Sequence record: PQ015378.1
Reading direction: 5' to 3' (one strand)
DNA length: 64,000 nt
This document shows, piece after piece, positions 29,305 through 38,941 of the stretch. The stretch's first letter is position 1. The number at the start of each line of letters is the position of its first letter. The position numbers and the translations under genes are program-made. The notes beneath the pieces were generated by a model, which was not told the origin of the DNA, ran no database searches, and was given only the letters and a program-made list of their open reading frames with translations.

Positions 29305-29691
29305 ATGCATCCAAAAGTAGGCGATGTTCTCGTTTGGGACATTAGTCGTGTCATGGTATTGCTCAAAGAACACCCAAGTTCCCAATTAGTAATATCACGA
29401 GCGATTCGTTTCCATCATCACATCGATAACCTGACTGAGCCAAATCCATACATGGACTCGTTGATTAACGACTTCATTGGCTGGACGATAAACTCATTCC
29501 AAGAGGTGATGGTAGCTGAGCACAATCCACACAGGTTAACTGCACAAGAGATAACCTGGTTCAATCTCAACCAAAATGCGCGGTCGGAATTATGGAACAT
29601 GCTACGTCCACTGGCATACAACTATTCCGGTACGATGGTCAACTTAGCCCGAGTGGGGAACTTGATATACATCTACGCCCAAACCAACTAA
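29305..29691 (+). CDS. Hypothetical protein
   Basis: RBS GAGG; first gene of an early block. Confidence 0.75.
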   Translation: MHPKVGDVLVWDISRVMVLLKEHPSSQLVISRAIRFHHHIDNLTEPNPYMDSLINDFIGWTINSFQEVMVAEHNPHRLTAQEITWFNLNQNARSELWNMLRPLAYNYSGTMVNLARVGNLIYIYAQTN

Positions 29692-29701
29692 CGGAGTCAT
29701 C

Positions 29702-30631
29702 ATGACGGATAAAAAGCTGGTCGTCTTCGACACTCGAAATGCCCAAAGTGTCATCCTCGACTATCTCACCCATCTGTATACGCAACAGCCCCTAGTTGGG
29801 ATGGTTCAACCTAACAAGATCCAAGTCCTGAACATCGTTCAATCGCTTCTGGCTCAGATCTTCGAATCCCGTGATCGCAATATCCCTAAGGACAGCGAGA
29901 ACGATTGGGAGGTGATCCAGGCGTCGCTGTTGTTCGGTATCGGTCCAGGACAAGTCCTGCATCGTCAGGTGAAATACGCGAAGCAGGTTTTCGAACAAGA
30001 ACTGATCAAGTCTCTTTATTGGGACCTCACCCAGCAAGCAGATGCACATTCCACGTTGTCCTCGTACATCCAGTGGGAAGTCATCAATACCGGTTCCACC
30101 ATCGTCGCAATCGAACGCGGTGATGCTCGCCTTCTGCAATGGAAGGAGATTCAGGATGCTCAGGGTGAAACCCATCACCGACTGAACCTGAATCGTGTGT
30201 TCGATGAGTTCAAAGAAGAATTCGAAAAGACTCATGGCCCATACCCTGCATCCCAGTTGGATGCCATGATTCTGAAAGGCGTACTCGACATGTTCCCTCA
30301 GCTCAGGATCCGTAATAAGGTCGAGCAGGTTAACTACGAGATCGCCGCGGCCTACAACATTCCTGACCTTCCACTGTGGCTCGATGCCTACATGAAGAAA
30401 GTCCTGGAAGCCTTCTGCATCCCTGCATTCGCGGTGTACATCCCAGCTGGTGTTACCTACGACTGCGAGTACTTCAATCACATCCTGGTGGTAAAGGAGA
30501 TGAAAGAAGATGAGTTGGTTGAAGAAACCGATTCGGATAAAGAACTGGCATTGGCATTGATGCGTGGTGATTACCTACCACGTGAAGATCGTGAACGTGC
30601 TGAACGCTACATCCTCGATAATCAAATGTGA
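29702..30631 (+). CDS. Conserved hypothetical protein
   Basis: 309 aa, RBS GGAG. Confidence 0.85.
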   Translation: MTDKKLVVFDTRNAQSVILDYLTHLYTQQPLVGMVQPNKIQVLNIVQSLLAQIFESRDRNIPKDSENDWEVIQASLLFGIGPGQVLHRQVKYAKQVFEQELIKSLYWDLTQQADAHSTLSSYIQWEVINTGSTIVAIERGDARLLQWKEIQDAQGETHHRLNLNRVFDEFKEEFEKTHGPYPASQLDAMILKGVLDMFPQLRIRNKVEQVNYEIAAAYNIPDLPLWLDAYMKKVLEAFCIPAFAVYIPAGVTYDCEYFNHILVVKEMKEDELVEETDSDKELALALMRGDYLPREDRERAERYILDNQM

Positions 30632-30656
30632 GGGCCCTCCGGGTCCTCTATGCCGT
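30630..30656 (+). terminator. Weak hairpin with TATGCCGT flank
   Basis: gagggcc...ggtcctc-tatgccgt. Confidence 0.5.
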
Positions 30657-30667
30657 CGGAGCTTTTT

Positions 30668-31108
30668 ATGACGCCTAAATCTGAGATGGGCTTGATCCGT
30701 TATAGCCTGTCGGACTTCTACGGGATGGACCACCCGGACTACCTCGATGTGTTTGTCGAGTTCGGCGAAGATCGTGACAAGATCACTGATCTACTCGCCA
30801 TGGCAATCCTCAACTATCACACGTCTACACCAGAACAACTACAAGAATCCATATTCGCCAAGTTAGGGTATATGGGTGTGGATAGTGATGAGGAAGCATT
30901 CTACGCGAAGGTTGACAACCTCGCTGATTGGGTAGCTCGCCGCTGCTCCCAATTCATTCCCCGCGGTAAACTTGAACTTGTTGAAGCCATAGAGGACGCT
31001 GACTGGGTCAACGTCGTCTATCGTGAATACCTGGAGCCCGTATGCGAAACACCATCGCTTATCGATTCGATAAACTTGTCTTCTTCCCTGGACTCGACCG
31101 GACTCTGA
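30668..31108 (+). CDS. Hypothetical protein
   Basis: ATG after GGAG. Confidence 0.75.
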   Translation: MTPKSEMGLIRYSLSDFYGMDHPDYLDVFVEFGEDRDKITDLLAMAILNYHTSTPEQLQESIFAKLGYMGVDSDEEAFYAKVDNLADWVARRCSQFIPRGKLELVEAIEDADWVNVVYREYLEPVCETPSLIDSINLSSSLDSTGL

Positions 31109-31530
31109 AGATCTGGGGTCGGGTCTTTAAGCGTGAGCATTCGGGAACCGGACAGGGTGGGATGATGGATGACGTCTATCAGTGGATACAAGAGCTGGTA
31201 GACCACTTTAATGAGACGGGTGACATCTTACAGTGTCATTACGTTCCTAACCTTACCAGCCACAGCAAGATCGCTCTGGAGTATGAGCGTGAGTTTTTGA
31301 AGGTTGCATTCGAATTGTTGATCCGTTTGCCCAACACTGTACAAGGCTTAACCCACATTACAGCGAAGGGTCGCCATCTCGTAATGATGTTCAACTTTGA
31401 CGATGTCGTCCAAGAGAACACTCTCGTCCCCGCAATCCAAGCAGTGGGAGTCGACCACTTTGTTCGCCCAATAAAAATACCGAAGAACAAACTGAGTATG
31501 ACTACTCCGGAGAATACCCCATGCACATGA
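31042..31530 (+). CDS. Hypothetical protein
   Basis: GGAG before ATG 31042; alternative start at 31162. Confidence 0.7.
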   Translation: MRNTIAYRFDKLVFFPGLDRTLKIWGRVFKREHSGTGQGGMMDDVYQWIQELVDHFNETGDILQCHYVPNLTSHSKIALEYEREFLKVAFELLIRLPNTVQGLTHITAKGRHLVMMFNFDDVVQENTLVPAIQAVGVDHFVRPIKIPKNKLSMTTPENTPCT

Positions 31531-32081
31531 GTCCCCCAACAGGAGTCGAAGATAATGTGGCGGTAATGGTATCTTACGCCAGAATCCGTCCGATCGTCGA
31601 CAAGATGGTTCTCTATATCGAGGGCCAATCTGCAGCAACGCAATACCCAATGGAAGAAGATGCAATCCGAACGATCATCTTCGAGTGCCTGAACGAATAC
31701 GTGCAGTTCGCACTACCGAAGATTCCACAGCCTCAAGACCTCAACTTCGAGTATTACCTGGATACTCGATTCAAGGCAATGGCAGATATCATCAATCCAC
31801 CAGTAACCGATGAGAACCCGTATCCAAACAAGGCGGGTATCCTATTCCTCAGTGCACAGTGGGCCATGGCTGTGGGTGAGTTGGCGCGCCAACTGATTCC
31901 AGGCATCCGCGATCTGAACGCCTGGGGACAAGACTGTAACCAGATGCAGGTCTTCACAATCCCAGAAGCTGTGAGCTTTGACCGAGCAGAAGATCTGCGT
32001 CGAACCAAAGTGACATCCGCAATGTACATCCTGAGTGGAGTGCAGTACGACGAAGTGGATATGGTTGAAGAGGGTATCTGA
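31521..32081 (+). CDS. Hypothetical protein
   Basis: 186 aa, coupled to neighbours. Confidence 0.75.
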   Translation: MHMSPPTGVEDNVAVMVSYARIRPIVDKMVLYIEGQSAATQYPMEEDAIRTIIFECLNEYVQFALPKIPQPQDLNFEYYLDTRFKAMADIINPPVTDENPYPNKAGILFLSAQWAMAVGELARQLIPGIRDLNAWGQDCNQMQVFTIPEAVSFDRAEDLRRTKVTSAMYILSGVQYDEVDMVEEGI

Positions 32082-32422
32082 TGTATGTGCTACGAGCATA
32101 TGGAGTCGACCAGTTCGGTGACATTGACGTGTACGCAACTCCCGAGATCCGGTGCGCATTAAGGCACTGGGTCATTAGTGTGGTAATGAACCACTTGGCT
32201 GGGAATGAAAGTTGTTGTTTGGTCGAAGAGATTCATTATGCTTTAGACTATTACTCCAACCGGACGTTCTACTCAAACGCACCTGAATACGTCGATCACG
32301 TGGTCCAAGAGTTGATCAAGTATTACCATCGATTCTTTGACTACATCTGTCGATACGACATCGTTCATTACGACCTGACCACTTCCTTCCATGAGGGGGT
32401 GTTCCTTGTAACCAGAGATTAA
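32081..32422 (+). CDS. Hypothetical protein
   Basis: TGATG overlap. Confidence 0.75.
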   Translation: MYVLRAYGVDQFGDIDVYATPEIRCALRHWVISVVMNHLAGNESCCLVEEIHYALDYYSNRTFYSNAPEYVDHVVQELIKYYHRFFDYICRYDIVHYDLTTSFHEGVFLVTRD

Positions 32423-32426
32423 CAAC

Positions 32427-32819
32427 ATGCAAGTTCAAGTCCCTCAACTAGAGTGCCACGTTATCAACTCCATCCACGCTCAGACATTCGCAGCCCGGTT
32501 CTTCGACGAGAAGACGAAGGATGTAGATCATGATCAGCATGGAGCCCGCAACGTCCTACGACTGTTCCAGAAACACGTCATGGATATCTATCATGACATC
32601 CTGATTGAATCTGCAACTATCGATGACGACTTCCTCCACGATGAAGATCCAGATGTAGTCGCCGTGTATCAGATCTACAAGGAATACAAATCGTTCATGC
32701 CTCGGATGGAGATCGTATCGATGATGCCGATCACCCTGGGTGGTGCGGTTATCATTGTGGCTAACGATACCAATCCAATCATCCCACTGGGAATGCGGGC
32801 ATTGAACCCACACCAATGA
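32427..32819 (+). CDS. Hypothetical protein
   Basis: 130-aa ORF in the operon. Confidence 0.75.
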   Translation: MQVQVPQLECHVINSIHAQTFAARFFDEKTKDVDHDQHGARNVLRLFQKHVMDIYHDILIESATIDDDFLHDEDPDVVAVYQIYKEYKSFMPRMEIVSMMPITLGGAVIIVANDTNPIIPLGMRALNPHQ

Positions 32820-32845
32820 TGTGAAAGACATCATGGAGTTCAATC

Positions 32846-33259
32846 ATGCAAATCACTGACGTTACCGAAGGTACGCGGGTGAGCTTTGAGGTTTACCCCG
32901 TAGCCTATCTCGCTAACGATTTCAAAGACGTGACGCTGGAGGGCGTAGTTACGCCAGCCGTAGCACGAAAGTTGGGACACGACCTGGACACTGCACACCA
33001 GAACGTTTATCCCGTATTGATCGCTGCAGGGGTTTCGGTCCCTAACGATCCTCGTCAATACAACTACGCTTACGTGACGTTCTCCAATGGGGAATCGACA
33101 TTCGTGGGCGTTCCATGGATTCGTCCTGGTACAGTTATCTCTTCCGATGGTAAGAACCTGACCCTGACTTTCTCGAACCGTGATGACCGTCGTCGTCGCC
33201 GTATCTTGGAAGCTCTGTCGACCATCAACGAAACACCTGACTCCCAAGTCTGGGAATAA
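32846..33259 (+). CDS. Conserved chimallivirus protein (phiKZ gp49-like)
   Basis: H.NVYP, DPRQYNY and GVPWI motifs; just upstream of the polymerase region. Confidence 0.7.
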   Translation: MQITDVTEGTRVSFEVYPVAYLANDFKDVTLEGVVTPAVARKLGHDLDTAHQNVYPVLIAAGVSVPNDPRQYNYAYVTFSNGESTFVGVPWIRPGTVISSDGKNLTLTFSNRDDRRRRRILEALSTINETPDSQVWE

Positions 33260-33262
33260 CGA

Positions 33263-33289
33263 GCCTCCCTTCGGGGAGGCTTTATGCCG
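33263..33289 (+). terminator. UUCG terminator (23-mer identical to 46339 and 62769)
   Basis: gcctccc-TTCG-gggaggc-tttat. Confidence 0.8.
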
Positions 33290-33300
33290 GAGGATTCTTT

Positions 33301-33645
33301 ATGATGTTGCGTGAACACACAATCGTCGTGGACCTGTGGGATGCAAAGCAGGACTACCAATCGGTAAAAGAAGTCTTGACTCACAAGCTTGGCAAAACCG
33401 AGTTCGAAGGTGCACCTAAGCTGACCTGGTGTATCAACAACGTCGCCACTCGCGCAGTGGTGATCGCGATCGGTAAAGATCAGTTTGTTCTGTACACCAC
33501 GGTAGACAAACAAGCGCACCCTCAGGACTGGGCCTGGATCGATCAACGCTTCAACCATGACGACCTGCACCATCTGGCGAAGTCGGATGTTCGCATGGGC
33601 ATGAAGTATTTGCTGGCCGAAGCACGCGGAGAGAAAATCGTATGA
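33301..33645 (+). CDS. Hypothetical protein
   Basis: RBS GGAGG. Confidence 0.8.
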   Translation: MMLREHTIVVDLWDAKQDYQSVKEVLTHKLGKTEFEGAPKLTWCINNVATRAVVIAIGKDQFVLYTTVDKQAHPQDWAWIDQRFNHDDLHHLAKSDVRMGMKYLLAEARGEKIV

Positions 33646-33785
33646 TCTTACCACCACCTGATATGCGGCCCCCTCGTCGCCTGACCAAGAAACAGAAGGA
33701 ATTCGAAGAGCGAAAGAAGCGAGGAACACTGATCATGGCCTTTCTGGAAACGTACATGGTGAAACCAAAAAGGAAGAAGAAATAA
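33642..33785 (+). CDS. 47-aa highly basic protein (not in the ORF track)
   Basis: ATGA-coupled; MILPPPDMRPPRRLTKKQKEFEERKKRGTLIMAFLETYMVKPKRKKK; fills the gap. Confidence 0.6.
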   Translation: MILPPPDMRPPRRLTKKQKEFEERKKRGTLIMAFLETYMVKPKRKKK

Positions 33786-33812
33786 AGTACTGACGCTCAC
33801 AACACTCTGTGA
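33784..33812 (+). promoter_or_regulatory. Candidate middle promoter for the DNA polymerase (AAAGTACT-N14-TCTGTGA)
   Basis: Bipartite motif. Confidence 0.5.
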
Positions 33813-33898
33813 ATGTTTGTTGATGTGACCTTTTGAAAGTGCTTCTTCGGAAGCACTATTTTTTCCTAAGGCACTGTCAACCATGACAGAGGTGTTTA

Positions 33899-36043
33899 AT
33901 GGCACTCCCCGAATTACCAAACCCATTCATGCTGCCGACGTCCCACTACAAACGGGATTTCGACATCATCGAGGGTGCAATCAACGATAACGCAAGGTAC
34001 TTGCAGCTCATGACCCAAGCTCCATTCGAGCAATGCGCGGTTTGGGTCCGTGAGCAGTTCCGGGCAACAGGTCAGTTCCCGTTGGTAGATCCATCCACAT
34101 TCGTTCTGGACAAGAACCAATATGGTGATCGCTCCAAAAAGACGACCACGTTCATGGGCTTCATCAAGCGTGTAGAGAAACAGAACCTTCTGCTCTCTCC
34201 GTCGTTGACAGCTTATATGCCCGAGTCCCAACGACAGTCCACTCATGCAATTTACATTAAGGAAGGTGTTGCTAACCGGAAACGTGTAAAAGGCGAACAG
34301 ATGGCTGCCGAGCGTGCGAAAGATTTCGAACTTGCCCAGGTCCGTAAGGGTGAGCAAGAGAACTTCAAAATTAACAATAACTCCTATTCAGGAGCTACGG
34401 TTAGTGCCGCGACAATTCTGTACTACAAGTCTACACACTCTTCGTTGACCTCGACTTGCCGGACTGCAACGTCCTATGCGAACGCGAACAACGAGAAGTT
34501 CTTGATGGGTAACCGTCACTATTACAACCCGGAGGTTACGAAAGCGAACCTAGTGTCAATCATCAACCTGACCGATATGGAGAAACTCCAGATCGCGATG
34601 GACAAGTATGGTTTGGCATATCCGGAGCCGGAAGACGTCGTCGACATGGTTCTGTATTCGTCGAAGAACTACTGGCAGAACCGTGTCTATACTCAACAGA
34701 TCCGTATGATGGCTCACGGCATGACCCCGCTTCAACGAGCGGCTGTAATGTACGTTGGCGATCTCTATCACCTTAACAAGCTGAACCCAGTCCAGGTCCG
34801 TAGATTCCTGGATTCGATTTCTCAGCCTGGTGACCTGAACAATACGATCACCAAAGACGAGTTCAAACAACTCGATGGTGATACCCGACTGCTGACTTAC
34901 TTCCTCTGCTTTGAAGAAGTGAAAGGGCGCTCGGATGAACTCCTGTTGAAAGAGAACCCAGAAGTATTCGATCTACTTTATGCAACGGGCAAAGGCGTCG
35001 TGGACGGCCTTGACGAACATAAAGAACTGATCAATGCCCTGTTCCTGACTCGAAACATTCCTCACTCGATTCATGCATTCAAAGACTCGTATCGTCGTGC
35101 CGCAGTTATCTCCGACACAGACTCCACGATGTTCACGATGCAGTTCTGGGTAGAAGAGTTCTACGGTCGTGTATGCTTCACCGCAGAAGCTAAGCGTACT
35201 GTGTTCGGGTTAGTGTTCCTGGTTTCTGAAGTGGTAATGCACATCCTGGCGATCCAATCCGCCAACATGGGTGTTGCCGAAGATAAGCTCCGCCTGCTGG
35301 CAATGAAGAACGAGTACTACTTTGCCGTGTTGTCTCTGACGACTCGATCGAAGCATTACTTCGCATCCCAAGACGCTGTCGAAGGGATCATGTTCGAAAT
35401 CGCCCGTATGGAAGTTAAGGGCGTCGGTCTTCGAGATTCTAAGGTTCAGCCTCGAATCAACAAGAAAGGCAAACAACTCATGGCGCACATCATCGATTGC
35501 GTCAAGACAGAAACCCCGATTGACCTGGCTACGATTCTGAAGGACATCGCTGATCTGGAACGCGAGATCTACATCTCTGTGCGTACTGGTAAAGCAGACT
35601 ACCTGACGACCGGACAGTGCAAATCCTCGAACGCGTATAAGTCGGAAGAAGACAACGACACGTACAAGAAGTATTTGTTCTGGCGTGACATCTTCTCTCC
35701 ATCCTACGGCGAGATTCCACCACCTCCGTATTCGTTCTACAAGATCTCCCTCACGGCCCATAACCGTACTGGGATGAACGAATGGTTCGATTCGTTGGAG
35801 GACAAACGTCTGGCCATGCGTCTGAAAGAATGGGCTCTCGCGAACAAGAAGACCTCGTTGACTTCGATCAACGTTCCGTCCTCCGTTGTAGAGAACATGG
35901 GCGTACCTGAGTCAATCACTCGGGTAGCTGACGTGCGCACGGTGATCTCGAACACTATGGGTATCTTCTACTTGATCTTGGAATCCCTCGGGATCTTCTT
36001 GATTGATGGCAATAACACCCGTCTGATCTCGGACTACTACTGA
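33899..36043 (+). CDS. polB: Family-B DNA polymerase, catalytic subunit of the split enzyme (phiKZ gp50-like)
   Basis: K-x3-NSYSG (motif B), SDTDS (motif C), KNEY and KGV. Confidence 0.88.
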   Translation: MALPELPNPFMLPTSHYKRDFDIIEGAINDNARYLQLMTQAPFEQCAVWVREQFRATGQFPLVDPSTFVLDKNQYGDRSKKTTTFMGFIKRVEKQNLLLSPSLTAYMPESQRQSTHAIYIKEGVANRKRVKGEQMAAERAKDFELAQVRKGEQENFKINNNSYSGATVSAATILYYKSTHSSLTSTCRTATSYANANNEKFLMGNRHYYNPEVTKANLVSIINLTDMEKLQIAMDKYGLAYPEPEDVVDMVLYSSKNYWQNRVYTQQIRMMAHGMTPLQRAAVMYVGDLYHLNKLNPVQVRRFLDSISQPGDLNNTITKDEFKQLDGDTRLLTYFLCFEEVKGRSDELLLKENPEVFDLLYATGKGVVDGLDEHKELINALFLTRNIPHSIHAFKDSYRRAAVISDTDSTMFTMQFWVEEFYGRVCFTAEAKRTVFGLVFLVSEVVMHILAIQSANMGVAEDKLRLLAMKNEYYFAVLSLTTRSKHYFASQDAVEGIMFEIARMEVKGVGLRDSKVQPRINKKGKQLMAHIIDCVKTETPIDLATILKDIADLEREIYISVRTGKADYLTTGQCKSSNAYKSEEDNDTYKKYLFWRDIFSPSYGEIPPPPYSFYKISLTAHNRTGMNEWFDSLEDKRLAMRLKEWALANKKTSLTSINVPSSVVENMGVPESITRVADVRTVISNTMGIFYLILESLGIFLIDGNNTRLISDYY

Positions 36044-36074
36044 CATAGGGCCTCCCCAACCGGGGAGGCTTATG
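36044..36074 (+). terminator. Hairpin with CATA/TTATG flanks
   Basis: cata-gg-gcctcccc-aacc-ggggaggc-ttatg. Confidence 0.7.
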
Positions 36075-36082
36075 AGGGCTTT

Positions 36083-36448
36083 ATGGAAATCACTCCAAAC
36101 TTCATATACCACCAGAACGACGAAGTCATCTGGAAAACAGAATGCGATGCTTACATGAACTCGGACGTGACCGTCCATAAAGAGTACGAAGGTCGTGTTA
36201 CCCAGGTGAAGAACGATCTGGTTGTGGTTGCAATCAAGAACGATCGGGGCATCGATGTGCTCGTCTCGGCCTGGTTCGGTACTAGCCGTACTCAGGAAAC
36301 GATCCGCTTCAAAGACAAGAACATCGGGTATCTCCGTGAATCCATGCACATCCACAACTTGCTCGACCAAGAGCAAGAGCGTCACGAAAAAGAAGTTGAA
36401 CGTCTCCTGAAAGAACTCCGTGAGGTAGCAAAGTGCAAAAGCGCATGA
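36083..36448 (+). CDS. Hypothetical protein
   Basis: RBS GAGG; coiled-coil C-terminus. Confidence 0.8.
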   Translation: MEITPNFIYHQNDEVIWKTECDAYMNSDVTVHKEYEGRVTQVKNDLVVVAIKNDRGIDVLVSAWFGTSRTQETIRFKDKNIGYLRESMHIHNLLDQEQERHEKEVERLLKELREVAKCKSA

Positions 36449-36813
36449 AACGTTTCCGTCGTCACCACGAACTGTCCTTCTGGGTTGGCAATAGTGACCA
36501 AGGTGGTTGGGATCAGTTCCGCAGCCTACTGATCATCGCATCGTCTCCAGAGCATGCGGTGCATGTATTCTGGAAGGGTATGTTGAATTACGATGAGTCG
36601 TGCCTCTATACGCTGACTAAAGAGCAAATTCTTAGTCATCTGGAAGATGCTTATCGTAATGGGGCACCAATTCCAAAGATGTGGGAGAAGTATCTCCCCG
36701 AGGTTGAAGATACCTGCGGTGAAGACATCGCTAACTGGACCTGGGAAAACGTAGGTAAACCAGCCCCTCGCTTCGGTGCAAGCATCGCCATGACGGATTT
36801 CCACAATGGATAA
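36433..36813 (+). CDS. Hypothetical protein
   Basis: GTG after GAGG. Confidence 0.7.
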   Translation: MQKRMKRFRRHHELSFWVGNSDQGGWDQFRSLLIIASSPEHAVHVFWKGMLNYDESCLYTLTKEQILSHLEDAYRNGAPIPKMWEKYLPEVEDTCGEDIANWTWENVGKPAPRFGASIAMTDFHNG

Positions 36814-36904
36814 AAGTACTTCGCTCGATCATGTAATGTTGGAAGAGCGCGCCAAGATGTTCTCTTCTCTCGCAATCAATCACTCCCTAAAGGAAACCGG
36901 TACC

Positions 36905-37558
36905 ATGCAAGCCACTCAAGAAATCATCGCAGCATCCCAAGAGAAAGAACTGAACCGTGAAGAGCTGGCCGCTCTGGAGCAGTTCCGTGAACAAACCGGT
37001 ATCGACGCTACCGCCGAGGGGGTGCAAGCTCCGCAGAAAGCTCTGACCAAGAAACAACTGAAGGCCGCCAAGTACGCACAGAAGAACATGATGCGTCAGC
37101 TGCAACAGTTCCAGCGTCAAGGCCAAGCCAGCCACATCATGAACAGGCTGTTCCAGCACTCCATCCGCACTCCGGAACAAGCTCGCCACATCCAGGCTCA
37201 CGACCTCGCCAAACTGGAACTGCGTAAGATCCTGGGCGATCGCCAAGCCGAAGCCTTCTTCGGTGCCAAGGCGGATACCAAAACCCACGACTTCTTCCCG
37301 AAGGCCACCATCGAAGCCAACCCGAAACTGATGACATCGGTTACCGGTGAAGCTCGTACCCTGTCCCAGGTCTTCGAGTACTTCATCTACAAGCACTTCA
37401 TGATCCTGACCGAGAAGGCAGGTGCCGAAGTCACCGAACCTCTGAACACTTCCATCGACTGGGCCACCGAAGGCACCATCCCGGAGTACAAGGCGTATGA
37501 AGAAGCACCGGTCGAAGCCGCAGAAGCAGAAGAAACCGCGGAAGCTCCGATCGCGTGA
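36905..37558 (+). CDS. Hypothetical protein (helical, acidic tail)
   Basis: ATG after AAGGA; highly biased codons. Confidence 0.8.
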   Translation: MQATQEIIAASQEKELNREELAALEQFREQTGIDATAEGVQAPQKALTKKQLKAAKYAQKNMMRQLQQFQRQGQASHIMNRLFQHSIRTPEQARHIQAHDLAKLELRKILGDRQAEAFFGAKADTKTHDFFPKATIEANPKLMTSVTGEARTLSQVFEYFIYKHFMILTEKAGAEVTEPLNTSIDWATEGTIPEYKAYEEAPVEAAEAEETAEAPIA

Positions 37559-37742
37559 AAAGCAAGACCACTCGCTGAAACCAGGTTCCGGCCTGGTGTG
37601 CGCTGACGCTGTCTGGAGTGGAATCAAACGGGCACAACCTAACCATCGTGAAAGAACCTTCTCCGAGATGTGGGAACGCTCCAAGCGCATGGACTTCTGG
37701 TCGCCCGAGTTCACCCCAGCAGAAGTCATGGGTATCGCATAA

Positions 37743-37779
37743 CGGCAAAAGGGCTACCCTTCGGGGTAGCCTTATGTCA
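37743..37779. terminator. Bidirectional UUCG terminator (20-mer identical to 4441-4460)
   Basis: ggctaccc-TTCG-gggtagcc-ttatg. Confidence 0.8.
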
Positions 37780-38851
37780 GTTCCTCAACAAGCTTACGAA
37801 CGTCGTCCCACAGACGCTTCATCATTTCTGATGACCCGTTCATCCGTAGGGATTGTGAGTGCATTGCTTCTTGTAGTTCTCGCAGTACGATGTTGGTCTG
37901 GGTCTTATCATAGCCCGGAGCCTTCTTGACTGAGTCCACCAGATACTTGATGTAAGGTATCCTTGCAAGTGCTAATGCCCATTCGTTCTGAATCGTTACC
38001 GGACCCTTAGGAAGTTGGATGACCTGCCAGAGGTTGTCCTTCATGATCATCGGAGTGGATTGAGCGAGCTCAGTAATCATACCCGTGAACATCACCCGTT
38101 GTTCGATCGTGCGCTTAGCCATAGCGTCGATGTCATTGGTGTAATCAGGGATGTAGAATGGGTGCGGCAATGGATACTTTGTCGCAGGTAACTTGTAGGC
38201 CATTCGGGAGAGTCGGTTGAAATACGCAATCTCCAAATAGGATTCCAAGCTGTCCACCAGTACGTGTGCACCGATGAACTTGTAGTGGTTGACGGAGTCC
38301 CCATCAACTGCACCGAAGTTGTTGTAAACCCAGTGGCGGTACTGAACCATCAGCATTGGGATATTGATCATGATCACACCGTAGCCTTTGCCCGGTGTCT
38401 TGTTATTCATGATCGGTAGGTTCGTATCGGAGCGAGTGTGGTAAAGATAGCGAACTGGTTTCAGTTGTCTCCAACGACTGCGAAGACCTTGAGTATCAAA
38501 TCGTTCAATCGATGATATCACAACTTCTTCACATTCTGGACCCAGTGTTACGCCTTTGTCAAAAATCTTCCCTCTATTAATAGCATCAGTTAGCCCGAGG
38601 TTACGGATCAGCAGCTTTGCCTGATCCTCGCACTTCTTTGCCCACTGTGCATCATCGCTCCGGTATTCCAAAACGAAGTGACTGATAATGAGGGAAAAAA
38701 GATTTCTTGCGTCCACTACCTTTGGATGTCGCCGGTAGTAGTTTGTAACGTCTTCCATCACACGCGCAACGTTGCGCTGGATTTGAGGACGCTTGGGGTC
38801 TAATACAACCCCTTTACTGCCAACGGGGTCATCACGAAAGAGTGTGTACAC
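37772..38851 (-). CDS. Conserved chimallivirus protein (phiKZ gp52-like)
   Basis: 359 aa, minus strand, between the polymerase and the chimallin region. Confidence 0.7.
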   Translation of the reverse strand: MYTLFRDDPVGSKGVVLDPKRPQIQRNVARVMEDVTNYYRRHPKVVDARNLFSLIISHFVLEYRSDDAQWAKKCEDQAKLLIRNLGLTDAINRGKIFDKGVTLGPECEEVVISSIERFDTQGLRSRWRQLKPVRYLYHTRSDTNLPIMNNKTPGKGYGVIMINIPMLMVQYRHWVYNNFGAVDGDSVNHYKFIGAHVLVDSLESYLEIAYFNRLSRMAYKLPATKYPLPHPFYIPDYTNDIDAMAKRTIEQRVMFTGMITELAQSTPMIMKDNLWQVIQLPKGPVTIQNEWALALARIPYIKYLVDSVKKAPGYDKTQTNIVLRELQEAMHSQSLRMNGSSEMMKRLWDDVRKLVEELT

Positions 38852-38867
38852 AGGAAAGCTCCAATCG

Positions 38868-38890
38868 AAAAAATCTCAGATCTATATTAC
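38868..38890 (+). promoter_or_regulatory. Early promoter AAAAAATCTCAGATCTATATTAC
   Basis: Full extended motif. Confidence 0.85.
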
Positions 38891-38941
38891 TGTTGTGCAT
38901 TATAGACATCATAGCATAACACTTCACAAAAGGAACGAATC

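Noticed and set aside
37497-37742. 81-aa ORF between 37558 and the terminator
   Set aside because: The start overlaps the previous gene out of frame with no RBS; it may be 3' UTR, so it was not called.
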